A stretch of DNA of 63,786 bases, filler included, from Olpidium bornovanus S191 (Eukaryota > Fungi > Olpidiomycota), in NCBI GenBank assembly GCA_017911155.1. It is 27 parts of 27 records of this genome, joined end to end, with 100 filler letters (N's around TTAATTAATTAA, not from the genome) between each part and the next. Parts side by side here need not be neighbours in the genome. Positions count along the whole stretch, not along the records: positions 32,492 to 34,721 come from JAEFCI010007882.1; positions 34,822 to 38,991 come from JAEFCI010000382.1; positions 39,092 to 43,249 come from JAEFCI010011462.1; positions 43,350 to 45,679 come from JAEFCI010008663.1; 23 more parts are not named here. One strand, 5' to 3'. The translations under genes and the position numbers were made by a program. The notes under the pieces were generated by a model, which was not told the DNA's origin, ran no database searches, and saw nothing but the letters and a program-made list of their open reading frames with translations. Below, piece by piece: positions 32,973-44,413 of the stretch. How positions within the stretch are numbered: position 1 is the first letter of the stretch; each line of letters begins with the position of its first letter.

Positions 32973-34721
32973 ATGAGGATTGTCCGCCTTGCGGCCCTGG
33001 TCGGGCTGGGCGCAGCCGCCCGAGCTGCCGTTCCGCGCTTCCGCGTCCAGCGGCCGGGATCGTCGGCGTTCCTCGACGGCGGCGGCGTTTCGGCGTTCTT
33101 TGAGCGTGTGTGAGTGTTTCTGCGCGCCTCACCCGTTCGCTTCCGGTGTGTGGCAAAAGGTACGGAAATCAGACAAACGCGTGCTCCGCTTTCCCCGCCC
33201 GGCTCCAGCGACAGAAAACTTTCAGAACTGCTGCCGACCGTGACTGAGGCAGACTGGGCGTATGCCACAAACCTTACCGACGCGAACCGGGAGTTGGCCA
33301 CTGCGGCCCAGCTGATGTGGAACAACAAGGTTGGTCACGCATCGCTTTTCTGAAAATTTGTGGGACGGCAGTCGACGCAATTCCGAATGGATCCGTTATC
33401 TCACTTCCCGTTCATCCCCTCAACAGCATCTCTCGTTTGTCAATGAGTCGAGGAAGTATATAGAGTTCTTGGATTTAACGGATGACGAGAAACGCCAACT
33501 TTTCTACCTGCGGCTGGACGGCAGTGGAACCCCGACCGATCCGGCTCTCCAGAAGGAGCTGTCAGAAATCATCGCGAAGATGACTGATATCTATTCGACT
33601 GCCACGGCCGACGGCCGCCCGCTGAGCCCCGACCTCGAGGACATAATGGCCACAAGCAGAGATCCCGAGGTCCTCAAGAAGGCATATGTCGGGTGGAGGG
33701 ACGCAACGGGCCCGAAAATAAAGGCGGATTACATCGAGTACATCAACCTGGCCAATAGGGCAGCGCGCGACGCAGGTTTCGCCGACGCACGAGAGCTATG
33801 GTGTTGATTTTGCCGCGAATTCGCGCGCCGCAAAAGGTTACCGTTCGTCCCGCTGACCGTCGGTTTTTTTTCTCCACCAGGCTTTCTGGTTATGATATGG
33901 ATCATGACGACTTCGCCCAGACCCTGGATGACGTTTGGAACCAGGTCGTCCCTCTGTACGAGCAGCTCCACTAATATGTGCGCTCAAAGCTTGTGGAAAA
34001 ATACGGCGAGGAAGTCGTCGGCACGGACGGGATGATTCCCGGGCATCTCTTGGGAAACATGTGGGCCCAGGGTGGGCCATTAACAACGTTGCCGAATCTG
34101 TTGAGGGAGAACCCCCGCGATCAGGGGGGGCTGTCCCGAAGGACCAGGATTATGACCAATTATAGGTTGGGGCCCCATCTACGATGTTGTCGCACCGTAC
34201 CCTGAGATCCCCGGAGTCGACGTGACCGATGAACTCCAGAAGCAGGGTTACGACGCCGTCAGGATGCACAAGCTGGCTGAAGAGTAAGCCCGACTGCCGC
34301 CGATTCAGATATGTCTGGGATCGGCGCTGTCGACACACTACGTGGCAACGCCTGATGACCGCCCGCACCGTCGCGCGGGCGACGCTCGCATTCAGGTTCT
34401 ATACCAGCATCGGGTTCGATCCCTTGCCTGAATCGTTCTGGAAGAAGTGAGCAGAGGAGGTCGCAGTGGTTTGCTGCGGATTTGCACTATACCAACGCGG
34501 AGAATTTGACGGCCGCTGTAGGAGCATGCTCGTGAAGCCGAACGATCGGGACGTTGTGTGCCACGCTAGGTAAAGCAGGATGCGCTTTTTCCCTGGAAAG
34601 CGAAACTGACGCATCTGACCCCGCAACCTTGTGTGTCCAGCGCCTGGGATTTCGGCTTTGACGATCTCAGAATCAAGATGTGCACAACCATCAACCACGA
34701 GGAACTCATAACCGTCCATCA
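32973..34721 (+). CDS. ACE: Angiotensin-converting-enzyme-like peptidyl-dipeptidase (M2 family), 3'-truncated, with one in-frame TAA
   Basis: Signal peptide [18 protein letters not shown]; WAYATNLT; [28 protein letters not shown]; PLYEQLH*YVRSKL; [14 protein letters not shown]; FYTSIG...[24 protein letters not shown]...[16 protein letters not shown], ending at the gap where HEMGH is expected. About eight GT-AG introns. Confidence 0.92.
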
Positions 34722-34821
34722 NNNNNNNNNNNNNNNNNNNNNNNNNNNNNNNNNNNNNNNNNNNNTTAATTAATTAANNNNNNNNNNNNNNNNNNNNNNN
34801 NNNNNNNNNNNNNNNNNNNNN

Positions 34822-36337
34822 AGCCATGCAAAAGGAGCGCGAGCCGGTTGAACGTGGTATTGTAGCTATGCACTGATTTGTGCTGTTGTGTGCATTAAAG
34901 TAACGTTTGGTATTGTTCCATTTCGTAGTCAACAGGAAAGAACTTGGCCCGTAGTGCAGCCTTCAACGCCGGCCAGTTCCTGATCCGTTGTGGATCGTCG
35001 GGATCAGGGAACTCGGTCTTGTTGGCTTTGTAGAGATTATGCGCATCACCCTGTAGTTTCCTGACATCAATACGCAGGAGAATCCATTGCGGATTGCGTA
35101 CGGTGTCTTGGTATTCTTCCATCTCGTCTTCGAAGGTGATGAGACGTTGCGCGCCTCAGGAGCCATCGTATGCCTTGATTTCGGTGAGCAAGATTTTTCC
35201 AGCATCACGAGCGGCGCGTGCATCTTCCAGGGACTCGTCCGCATTAGAGGACGAAGTGGGCACCTTCGCCGTCGACCTTAGGTGGTGTCCTCCGCGGTCC
35301 CGGTTGTGACCGCGGTCGTTGTCGTCGGAACCGTCGGAACTCGACCAGGAGGACTCGGGGGTTTCTTTGTGGAAGCTCGACACGTAGCACTCCTGTCTGA
35401 GGAGGAAGGAACTTGTCGAATTTCTGCTACACCTCGCCCTCTTTATTACTCGTCGACCATTTGATCGATAAGGCCGTCATATGCAAGTGGAGCGCGGTAT
35501 GGTGGTCCGTATCGGACGTGTCGGCATAGCCACATACAGAAGAAGCGGTGTTCTGCAGTGGTGGACTTGGTTTTGACCTGTGCGTGTTGCTTCCAAAGGA
35601 CGTTGTCGGGGTAGTCCTCATGGTTCACAAAGTCGTCGATCTCCAAGGGTAGTTTGTACCTCGCGGGAGTTATCGTAGGTACCCGGATTTGCCTCCCGGC
35701 CGACGACACCACGCGGGTCAGTGTCGTCACCCGGTCGACGGTATTGTTCCTGGTTTTGTTCCGTTTCTTGGCCGGCGACACCGCACGGGGCGGTGACGTC
35801 ACCGAGTCGACGGTCTTGTTCCTGGTGATGTTCCGTCTCTCGGCCGGCGACACCGCACGGGGCGGCGACGTCACTGAGTCGACGGTCTTGTTCTGGTCGG
35901 TCGCGATCGTTATAGAGCGTGTCGGTAAACGGGTCGTTATATTGTAGCGGCTGGACAGACGGGGGGTTGCCCCGCAGCGGTCGAGTGGACGACCTGGTGC
36001 GAGGTAGTCCACCGGGCATAGGTAGAACCCTGGAAGTTAGTGTCTGTGCAGGAGCCGGTGGCAGGACGGCTTGTTGTGATAGGTACCGCTCTTTTGGGGT
36101 TGTTGTTATTTTGTCTAATCCTGCGCTGACAACTTGACCGGGCTCCTCCTTGGTAATGCGTTCCTCTGGTTGTGAGAGGTTCGTCCCGTCGCCATCCCCG
36201 TCACCATCTCCATCCCCTTGTGCGTCAGTTCCAAACAGTGCGGTTTTTGTTGCTACGACCGCCTGTCGTTTATAATGGTCGTAGGCTGCTTCCACAGTCT
36301 CCCTCTCTGGTAAGGGTACTTTCGATCGCGTCACCAT
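34822..36337 (-). mobile_element. Decayed gag of Retrotrans_gag type with a long repetitive N-terminus
   Basis: Starts MVTRSK; 72-nt (24-aa) repeat EQDRRLxDVxAPCGVAGxETE about three times at 35700-35900; then EIKAYDGS*GAQRLITFEDEMEEY...KLQGDAHNLY...NWPALKAALRAKFFPVDYE...LL*CTQQHKSVHSYNTTFNRLA. Stops and frameshifts present. Confidence 0.75.
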
Positions 36338-36359
36338 CCACCGTGTTGCGTTGGTGCAC

Positions 36360-36680
36360 GCGGTGGTTGCGCGGCGGGTGTGCGGCGGTGGCGGGAGCGC
36401 AGCTGCGGCAGGCGACGGCTGGGGCGCGCGGCGGTTGCGGAAGCGCAGCTGCGGCGGGCGGCTGGGAGCGCGGCGGCGAGCGCGCGGCGTCCGAGAGCGC
36501 GGCGGCGGGCGCGGGGCGTCCGGGCGCGCCGCGGCAGAGACGGGTGCGCGGCGGCGGGAGCGCCGTCCGGGCGCGCGGCGGCGGAGACGGCAGGCGCGCA
36601 GCGGATGGCGGTCGGCTGGGAGCGCGGCGGCGGGGGGACGCGGCGGTGTCGACGGTGGCGAGCGGCGCTGCGTCAGGGTC
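36360..36680. repeat. GC-rich GCGCGGCGG low-complexity repeat
   Basis: Visible GGCGCGCGGCGG iterations; composition is similar to 13955-14790. Confidence 0.7.
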
Positions 36681-36685
36681 CCGTT

Positions 36686-36697
36686 GGGCTCATAACC
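36686..36697 (-). promoter_or_regulatory. Copia-type primer-binding site GGTTATGAGCCC
   Basis: Perfect complement of tRNA-iMet GGGCTCATAACC, directly abutting an ...AACA LTR-like end. Shares the downstream AACGGG with the site at 15245. Confidence 0.8.
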
Positions 36698-36789
36698 TGT
36701 TGTTTTTGGTTTCGCCTTATGTTTTTTTTTTTTCGCAGAGCATGCTGTCTAGTAGGATACGTCGGTGTCACATGATCCAACTACGACAG

Positions 36790-38770
36790 CGGCATCCTTC
36801 ATAGCGGGGCCGTGCCAGCGCCTTCGTGAGCGTGTCGGCACTGTTCGACGCGGTGAGGACGCGCCGGAGTTCGATTGTTCTTTCTGATACAGTGTGTCTC
36901 ACGAATTGCGCACGCACCTCGATGTGCTTCGTTCTGGAGCTACCGTTTGATCCGTCCGAGAGTGTTTTGGCACCGGAGTTGTCAATGTACACCGGTATAG
37001 CGGTTTTAGCATCGATGACGTTGATCTCCGAAAGCATGCGACAAATCCAGACCGCATCACGTGCGTATTCCGATGCGGCAAGGTATTCCACTTCAGTCGA
37101 TGACAGTGCGACACATTTCTGTTTGGTGGATCTCCAGTTGACCGCGCCTCCTGCCAACGTGAAGATGTACCCAGTCTGTGAGTGTCTGTCCTCGGCGTCT
37201 GAGGCCCAATCGGAATCAACGAATGCTTGGATGCCAAAACTGTCATCGTCCGTGTAGGGGCGCCGCACAGTCTGGCTGGTGGCGTGCCGATAGATGATGC
37301 CGAGGTTTTTGATCCCTTTCAAGTAACGTAGCACTCGCTCCGCGCAGGCCATGTGGGTGGTAGACGGGTCAACAGTGAAGCACAACAGCTTGCTCATGGC
37401 ATGGGAGATGTCGGGATGAGTGCACCCTGCGATGTACAATAAGGTCCCGATGAGCTCCTGTATGTGGAAGTATCTGCATGACCGTTGTCGGTCGTCCTTT
37501 TTCGCATAGAGCAGTTGACGTCGAGTGGTGTGGTGACATGGTTCGGATTGGCGAGCCCGAACCGTCGTAGTGCGGCTTCGATGTGATGTTGTTGGTCGAT
37601 GCTGATGCCGCCGTCAGGATGTCGCAGTATGCGATTCCTCAGGAAGAAAGATGCGGTGGACCATGCGGCCCCTTCAAACTGTTGACTAAGCACTGCCTTT
37701 TCGAGTTCAATGGCGCGAGGATTGGCGCCGGTGACCGTAATGTCGTCAACATAGAGAATGGCGATGCAGGCGGGGAGGCCCGTGGTGCTGCCGGCATCTG
37801 ACGGTGGGTTCGTGGCAATCGGAGTGTCGCCCTCTCGCCGTGGCTGCCACAAAACGTAGACACAGCCGTTGGCAGATAAGCAGGTAAAGCCACGCGATTT
37901 GTAGTATTTATCGATGTGCGCGTTCCACTTGTTTGCGGACTGCTTGAAGCCGTATAGACACATTAGAAATAAGCAGATGTAGTCAGGGTGTGCAGTATTC
38001 TCAAATCCTTCCGGTTGCGTAGCGTAGACGGGTTTGTCGATGGTCACGTTAAGGTATGCCACCGGTATGTCCGTTTGGAAGAGGTCTCATCCATGTTGCG
38101 CGGCCAAGGCGATGATCATGCGCATAGCCATGTACGAAGCGACGGGGGCGTATGTTTCGAGTCCGTACTGTTGGGAGAAACCGCGTGCTACCCAGCAAGC
38201 GCGAAACATTTTGGCAGAGTGGTCGGCGCGCAGTTTCCGTTTAAACACCCATTTGGTAGAGACAATGTTGACGCCCTCTGGATGCGGGGCCAGAACATAA
38301 ACTTGGTACTTTTGGAGATTGGCGTACTCGATTTTGCATGCAGCGTGCCATTGGGCAGCATCGGGTGCGGCCATGGCCTCGGCATAAGAACGTGGTTCCG
38401 GTAAGTACACATCCGGTTGGAATTCGGCTGCATGACAGAGAAGTCCTTCGACAACCTCGTCAGGGATGGCTAGCTTGTTACAAGCGAAGTATTGCCTGAT
38501 GGCATCAGTGTATCCGTCGAGGTTCGCTAGCGGCTCCCATGTGTCGTCGGCTGGGGAGTATCCTTTCCAGCAAATATGAAATTTGAGCGAGCCATCGGGT
38601 GAGCGCCGATGGTGGAGGATTTTGGCAAGCTCGAAGTGTCCACTGTCGTCTATCGCACTGAAGTCATTTGTGGGGCTTTCCTCTAAACCGAATTTCCCTG
38701 GAGAGTATGACGCGTCTTCATCTAAATGGCATCTCGACATTTGAGGACAATGTTGTCGAGCGGGTAAATC
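36790..38770 (-). mobile_element. Ty1/copia pol: integrase C-terminal tail, chromodomain, RT, RNase H (decayed)
   Basis: YPLDNIVLKCRDAI(fs)DED resembles the integrase-end motif SRDVVFDE. Chromodomain FELAKILHHR...FHICWKGYSPADDTWEPLANL, then EPRSYAEAM...WVFKRK...RACWVARGFSQQYG..TYAPV...HG*DLFQTD..AYLN...LYGFKQSANKWN...ILYVDD...RYLKG...FVDSDWA...SSTEVEY...SRTKHIEVR...ADTLTKAL. Confidence 0.93.
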
Positions 38771-38874
38771 ACCACTCCTTCTCGATTCGAAATTTAAAGA
38801 GAAGATTCGAATCGCAACAAACAGGAAAGCGAGGAGAGGCACTAACAAAGAAAAGTTCGTGAAGTAAACGACTG

Positions 38875-38991
38875 TCAATCAGACAACGGGAGAAGGTTTA
38901 ATTTCTTAACACACTCCTCGAATCGTAGACCAGGAAGGCCTTTTGTAAACACATCAGCCGTATTTTCAGAAGTACGGATTGGCTTGACATG
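38875..38991 (-). mobile_element. 3' end of a second copia RNase H, followed by a PPT-like tract
   Basis: HVKPIRTSENTADVFTKGLPGLRFEECVKKLNLL*; GAGAAGGAGTGG at 38783-38772 then TG, abutting the chromo-copia fragment. Confidence 0.75.
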
Positions 38992-39449
38992 NNNNNNNNN
39001 NNNNNNNNNNNNNNNNNNNNNNNNNNNNNNNNNNNTTAATTAATTAANNNNNNNNNNNNNNNNNNNNNNNNNNNNNNNNNNNNNNNNNNNNCGTCAAGGA
39101 CCGCTTCCGCCTCACCAGACGATTTCGAGTGGTGGCGGCATTAGCCTGGACAAACTCCCTAGTCTGCTCTTCCTAGGATTAGCCTCGTGGTCCACGGCAC
39201 GGCAACTTCATGCGAGAGAGGGATACGGAGAGCATTTTGGATGTGCGTGTGTCTTGTTAGCACGCGCATGTCTACGGGGCGCCTTTCACCTGGCGTGCGC
39301 CTGCTGGACACTTGCTGGCTCCTGGCGCCGAATCAAACAGTCACGTGACTGACGCGGCCCCCCGCAAACCCAAACACGGACCCTTTCCCCCGCCCCGGCG
39401 CCGCTCGGGTCGTGCCGCGCGCATTTGGCCGGGAAAAGAAGGGAAAAAA

Positions 39450-39484
<35 letters not shown>

Positions 39485-39503
39485 AAAGAAAGGAACGAGA
39501 AAA

Positions 39504-42500
39504 ATGGCACGAGCGTCGGAAGGGGGGAAGCCGCACGCCGGCGCCGACGACTGCGCGGACAGCGCCGCCCACAGTCCGCCCGCTGCGGCTGCGATCGGGC
39601 CGCCCGAGGCCGAAACCGTTGTCGTCGCCTCTGCCGGGGCGCCCTGCGGCGAAGCCAACGATGCCGGCGCAGGCGTCGACGCTGGTGAGACGTGTTTGCT
39701 TCGGACATTTTCGCCGCTTGTCGAAATTCCGGCGGACGCGGACGACAGGCCTGGGAACGGCGGGCTCGCCACTAAGCGCCGCAATCTCTCCTGCGGTAGC
39801 TCCCGAGCCTCGGCAGCTCTCGCTGAACATTTTGCTGCCAAATGGCGAGAAGGTGGAAATGATGGTGAGTTGCTGCCACACGGACCACTCCGGCGACGGT
39901 TTCTGCTGCCGCGGTGCGTCTCAATACTGTAGCCGCTTCTATGGGAAACCCATGACTTGTTCTTTAGACCTCCACTTTGGAGACGTACAACGATCTTAAG
40001 CAAGTGGTCTTGGAGTCGCCCCTCGCATCCAACTATTCCTGCTTTTACCTCAAGCTGGACGGTCGTCGCGTCAAGTATGCTGACTGCATTTCCGAATCGC
40101 TTAAGGACGGCTCCTACCTCGAATTTGAAGAAGGTAGAAGCAGCTGCTACGTTGTTGCGTGTGGTTCTCGCGTTTTTATCTTTTCTCACTCTGGTGTGCT
40201 TGTCAAGGCAAATACAACGAGACGGAAGTTCGCATTCAGCTCAACCGTTTGCGGGAGATGCTGGGCGGGCCGTTTAAGAACTCACCCACAGATTTTGGAC
40301 TTGACGAAGGGATATCTGCGTTTAGCACGCTTTGTGACAGATCCGGTGCGTTTTTGCTGCTACTCCGTTCTAAGGGTTGCAGCACTTGTTTTGCTAAAAC
40401 CATCGACACCAGATTTTGGCCTCCGTGTCAACAAGGAAAGCCACGAGGAACCGAATCTGGAGCTGAGGAAGCAGAACGGTTTTGCCAGCGGACACAGTTT
40501 CTCCATTCCGAAGCTGTCGATTTACTTGCCACCAATGGACAGGACTCCGGTCCAATGCCTGCGGAGTCTGGCGATGAGCCAGTGGCACCCTCCTCCTCAC
40601 CACCGCCGGCTGGCTGGAGACATCGCATATCTCGCGGTGACCACACTTGAAGGGGAGTCTGTCCAGGTCACCGCGCACGTTGACGGTTTCTTCGTGAACA
40701 AATCTACGGCACAGTTGTTCGACCCTTCGCCCCGGTCGCCTCTGAAGAGCACCTGCAAAGCCCACAACATCGCTGATCTGTTGACTAAAATTTCGCCGCG
40801 ATTCGGCGCCCAGTACAAGCTCCTCCAGGAGACATATTCCAAGTACATCATCTCGGAAATTTTTTCTCCGCAATCGACGAGCCTGGCGATACCCTGGCTG
40901 GCGCGCCCTCCGAAGCACACGGAAGATTCCCTCAGGGCTGCCGACTCGTACCTCAAATTTGGTCCCGAAGCGTTGGAGGCCTTTCGCGACTGGAATGATG
41001 AGATACAGGCCCACCGGGAGCTTCCGCGTGAGACGGTGCACGACCGACTGTTTCGTGAGCGCGGCCTCATCCGGATATATGCCGACTTTGCGGAGAGTGC
41101 CGGCCGCGGCGCACAGATGGTCGTGATGGGCGATGTGCAGCCCGTTAATCCGCTTGATCGAAATGACGGCCACATGTACATTAATGGGGGGATATTCTTT
41201 AGTCGGGGTTTCGACGGACATGAGGCATTCCAGAAGATTGGCGGTGATGCCGCCTCCCATGTCGCAACCGGCAAAGACATTGAAGGCGTGAGGATTCTGA
41301 ACAACCTTGACATCGACGGACTGTACACCCTAGGTTCGGCGGTTGTAGATTACAAGGGCGAGCGGCTTGTTGCCCAAACCATTGTGCCGGGTAAGTCGCC
41401 CACGTCTTCCACGTCTTCCTCTCTATACACACTGCTCTCTCGGCCTACTCTGCGTGAAGTATTATCGACCGGTGCTGACAATTTACCGTTTTCAAACGTC
41501 CCTACCAGGTATCCTTCGCGGTGCCAACGTTAAGGAGAAAGTCGTATACGGCTCTTTCGATGCGGAGACGAAGCTGGCCGCTGACCCGACGTTTCACGAG
41601 ATTTTCGGTCGGGTCGCAGAGCAACTTCACCTCGCCGAGCACGAGGTCGACGCTGGCGGCAATGACGGCTCCCGGGTGGAACTTTTCCTGAGCAAGGAAG
41701 CAAAAGGCTTGTTTGGTGGTGACGGGCGGCGGTATGCCCTTGATCTCTACCGCACCTGCCCAGTCGATGTCGAGTGGCTCGAGAGCGAGTGCCTGAGGAA
41801 GAATGCTGGTGAGGGGCACAAGGGCGATGAGGAAGTCCTGCCGCCATACCCCCATCAGCTGGTACTCCTCCGCCCCGAACTCGTCGAGGCGTTCTGGATG
41901 TACCGGCTCAGATGCTGGACCAGGGACCAGGCTGCTGCAATTGCGGAGAAGGTGGCTTTCGGCCGTCCGAAAGGATAGTTTTGTTCGTTCTCGGCTATTC
42001 GATATAACGCCTCCCATCTGGCTTCTCACTGCACAGGTGCAGAATGTATGCGGACAGAAAGTGAACCAGGCTGACAACGAGATGGCTAAGAGACCTGCTG
42101 CTCCGGACCGTCCCGAATCCTGCGAGCTCGCCGAAGGAAATATTTGCAATGGTGGTTCTCAAGTGGCCGCTCCACAGCAGAAGGCGACCGTCCAGTTGGC
42201 GCCCAACGAAATTGTGTCAGAGGCGGCAGATAAGAATTTTAATGCAAAGCAGCAGGACGAGGTTGCCGAAAAAGAGAGAAAATACGAGATGCCGGATGGT
42301 ACATGTTTTTGCTGTCTCATAGCGGTTATTCGGCCTTACATCATGTATCTAGTCATGAGGCGTTACTTTGACCAACCGGGTGCACTCTTTTTTCTGATTT
42401 TGGAGCTGTCGTTTCAAATTTTACAGCCGCTAAAATCGGCCAATTTAAGCTCGCGCTCAACCCAGACGTCCTGACCGACGCATATCCCGCAAGTTGGGAG

Positions 42501-43249
42501 AGGGACGAAACACTGAAGAAGCAGGAGGAGGACGTCCGCGCATGCTCCAAATTTCTCCACGACGTGATCATCCCCGCTTTTGTCAACGAAGCGATTTCCG
42601 ACAGCAATATCCATTTCGACTCCAGGGCCCTGACCGAGCAGATGCACAAATTTGGTATCAACATGCGCTGTCTTGGCCGGATTGCTCTTATGCTGGCGAA
42701 AGAAGACGACCCGAAGGCTGTACTTTTGAAGGTCGGATGTGCGAAAGGTCTTAAGTCTCGATTTTCATTCTCATTGCTTCGCCCAAATTGAAATTGTTGT
42801 TATTGGTCGTCCAGAATGTCGTGATCCACGAGATGTTGGTGCGGTCGAGCAAGCGCCTTCTCCGATCGTTCCTCCGCGGTATAAAGTTTGTGCACGCAGG
42901 AGGTTGCGTGGCGCACTTCCTGAACTGCTTCCTGGGCGAACAGCTTAATGCGCAACCACGCCCGGCGCTTAGTCTGGATGAGGAGCTTGCCGAATGGGAG
43001 GACCACGCAGCGGACAAGCGGTCAACAAAAAGGGACTACCGTCTATTGACCCCTCTGGGCCTCCGTCGGGCCATCCAGCAGGACATCGCAGAGCGGTATC
43101 GCTACCGCTTACCGGACAATGTTTTTGACATGGATGGCGGCGTCGGCGGCTTCAATCGATTATCGGTCCTCAGGGGCATCTGCCTCTCCGTAGGAGTGCA
43201 GATGAAGTGCAGGGATTACGTGTTCACGCGCGAGAAGCCGGACGGCAAC
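39504..43249 (+). CDS. CLU1: Clustered mitochondria protein Clu1 (CLUH), 3'-truncated
   Basis: QCLRSLAMSQWHPPPHHRRLAGDIAYLAVTTLEG; FRDWNDEIQAHRELPRETVHDRLFRER; GKDIEGV...LYTLGSAVVDYKGERLVAQTIVPG|IL; GGDGRRYALDLYRTCPVD; LLRPELV; HKFGINMRCLG. Confidence 0.96.
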
Positions 43250-43349
43250 NNNNNNNNNNNNNNNNNNNNNNNNNNNNNNNNNNNNNNNNNNNNTTAATTA
43301 ATTAANNNNNNNNNNNNNNNNNNNNNNNNNNNNNNNNNNNNNNNNNNNN

Positions 43350-44413
43350 CATGCCGCTCAGAGTGTATCGCAATTTCGGACGAACGCGCTGAGAGGGGAA
43401 CACACGGCGCCGGAAGCCGCAGCCGAATCGCCGCAATCGGCCGAGTTTCCCGACAACCCGCCGTCGCTGACAAAGCAGGTTCTGTCGCCTCCGCATCCTG
43501 AGCAGAGCCTTGCAAAGGTCGTGCTTGACCAGCGCGTGGATCTGGAAACATTCTTCATGGACGCCCTAGAGTTCGTCAGAGCCAACATCGAGAAAAAGCA
43601 CGCGGAACAACGGAAAGCTGCACAATACGATCATACCATTGCGTTGTGGCGGAGCAGAGTACGTCACTTCCAAATGACTTCAGTTGCGTTGTGTCCCAGG
43701 TGGATTCCAGCTGCTTCTTGGCACATTTCCTACACGCGTTCACACCAGCTGCGGTGCTCCGCTCACATCCCCTTTTAAGTTTCTTTCCTTCAAGTGCCCC
43801 GCTCCTTCTTTGGGTATCGAGGCCGGCGCGCTCAAATAAAACTAACCGATTTCCCCACCGCTTGCAGACTAGAAGTACCCCCGGCCTTGCCGAGCCGTCG
43901 ATGAAAACGTCGCTGGCCTCCATCTTGAGCAAAACGTCTCAGCAGGCTACGCCCGGCGGCACAGGTTCGGGCTTGCCGGTGTGGCGCAGTTCGACGTCAG
44001 TCTCGTGGCGCAAACATCCGTTGTCAGCAGCAGACGCCGGCGAGAGCCGGCAGACGCCGCCGACGCCGGTCGGAGAAGGTGAGATGCCCAAACTGGAGTT
44101 CTCGGACTTGGACTGGGAATCGAAGGAAAACATACTCCGACTGTTGTTCGCCAAAATGAACGGTCTCGTCGGCGACGAACCTCCGCCGGGTATGGTGACG
44201 CCACAACCTGAAACGAATGCTGCTGCGCCGGAGTCCGGCGGCAGCAGCGTGGGCGGAGACCTCGAGGACCGAGCGCTGGTGTTTATCGAGGCCGGGAACG
44301 CGCCTGCTCCCGTCGGTAACCGCATCGTGGAACTGACGGATGACGACGACACTCCCGCTCCCGGTCCGGAACGGGATCCGGGCGGGCTGTCCCTTACAGA
44401 AGTCGCCGCTTAA
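43350..44413 (+). CDS. BBOF1: Basal body-orientation factor 1 (BBOF1/CCDC176)-like, C-terminal part
   Basis: LAKVVLDQRVDLETFFMDALEFVR and KLEFSDLDWESKENILRLLFAKMNG match BBOF1 LAKNILDERTEVERFFLDALHQVK and DIGDLTWEQKEKVLRLLFAKMNG. Confidence 0.78.
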
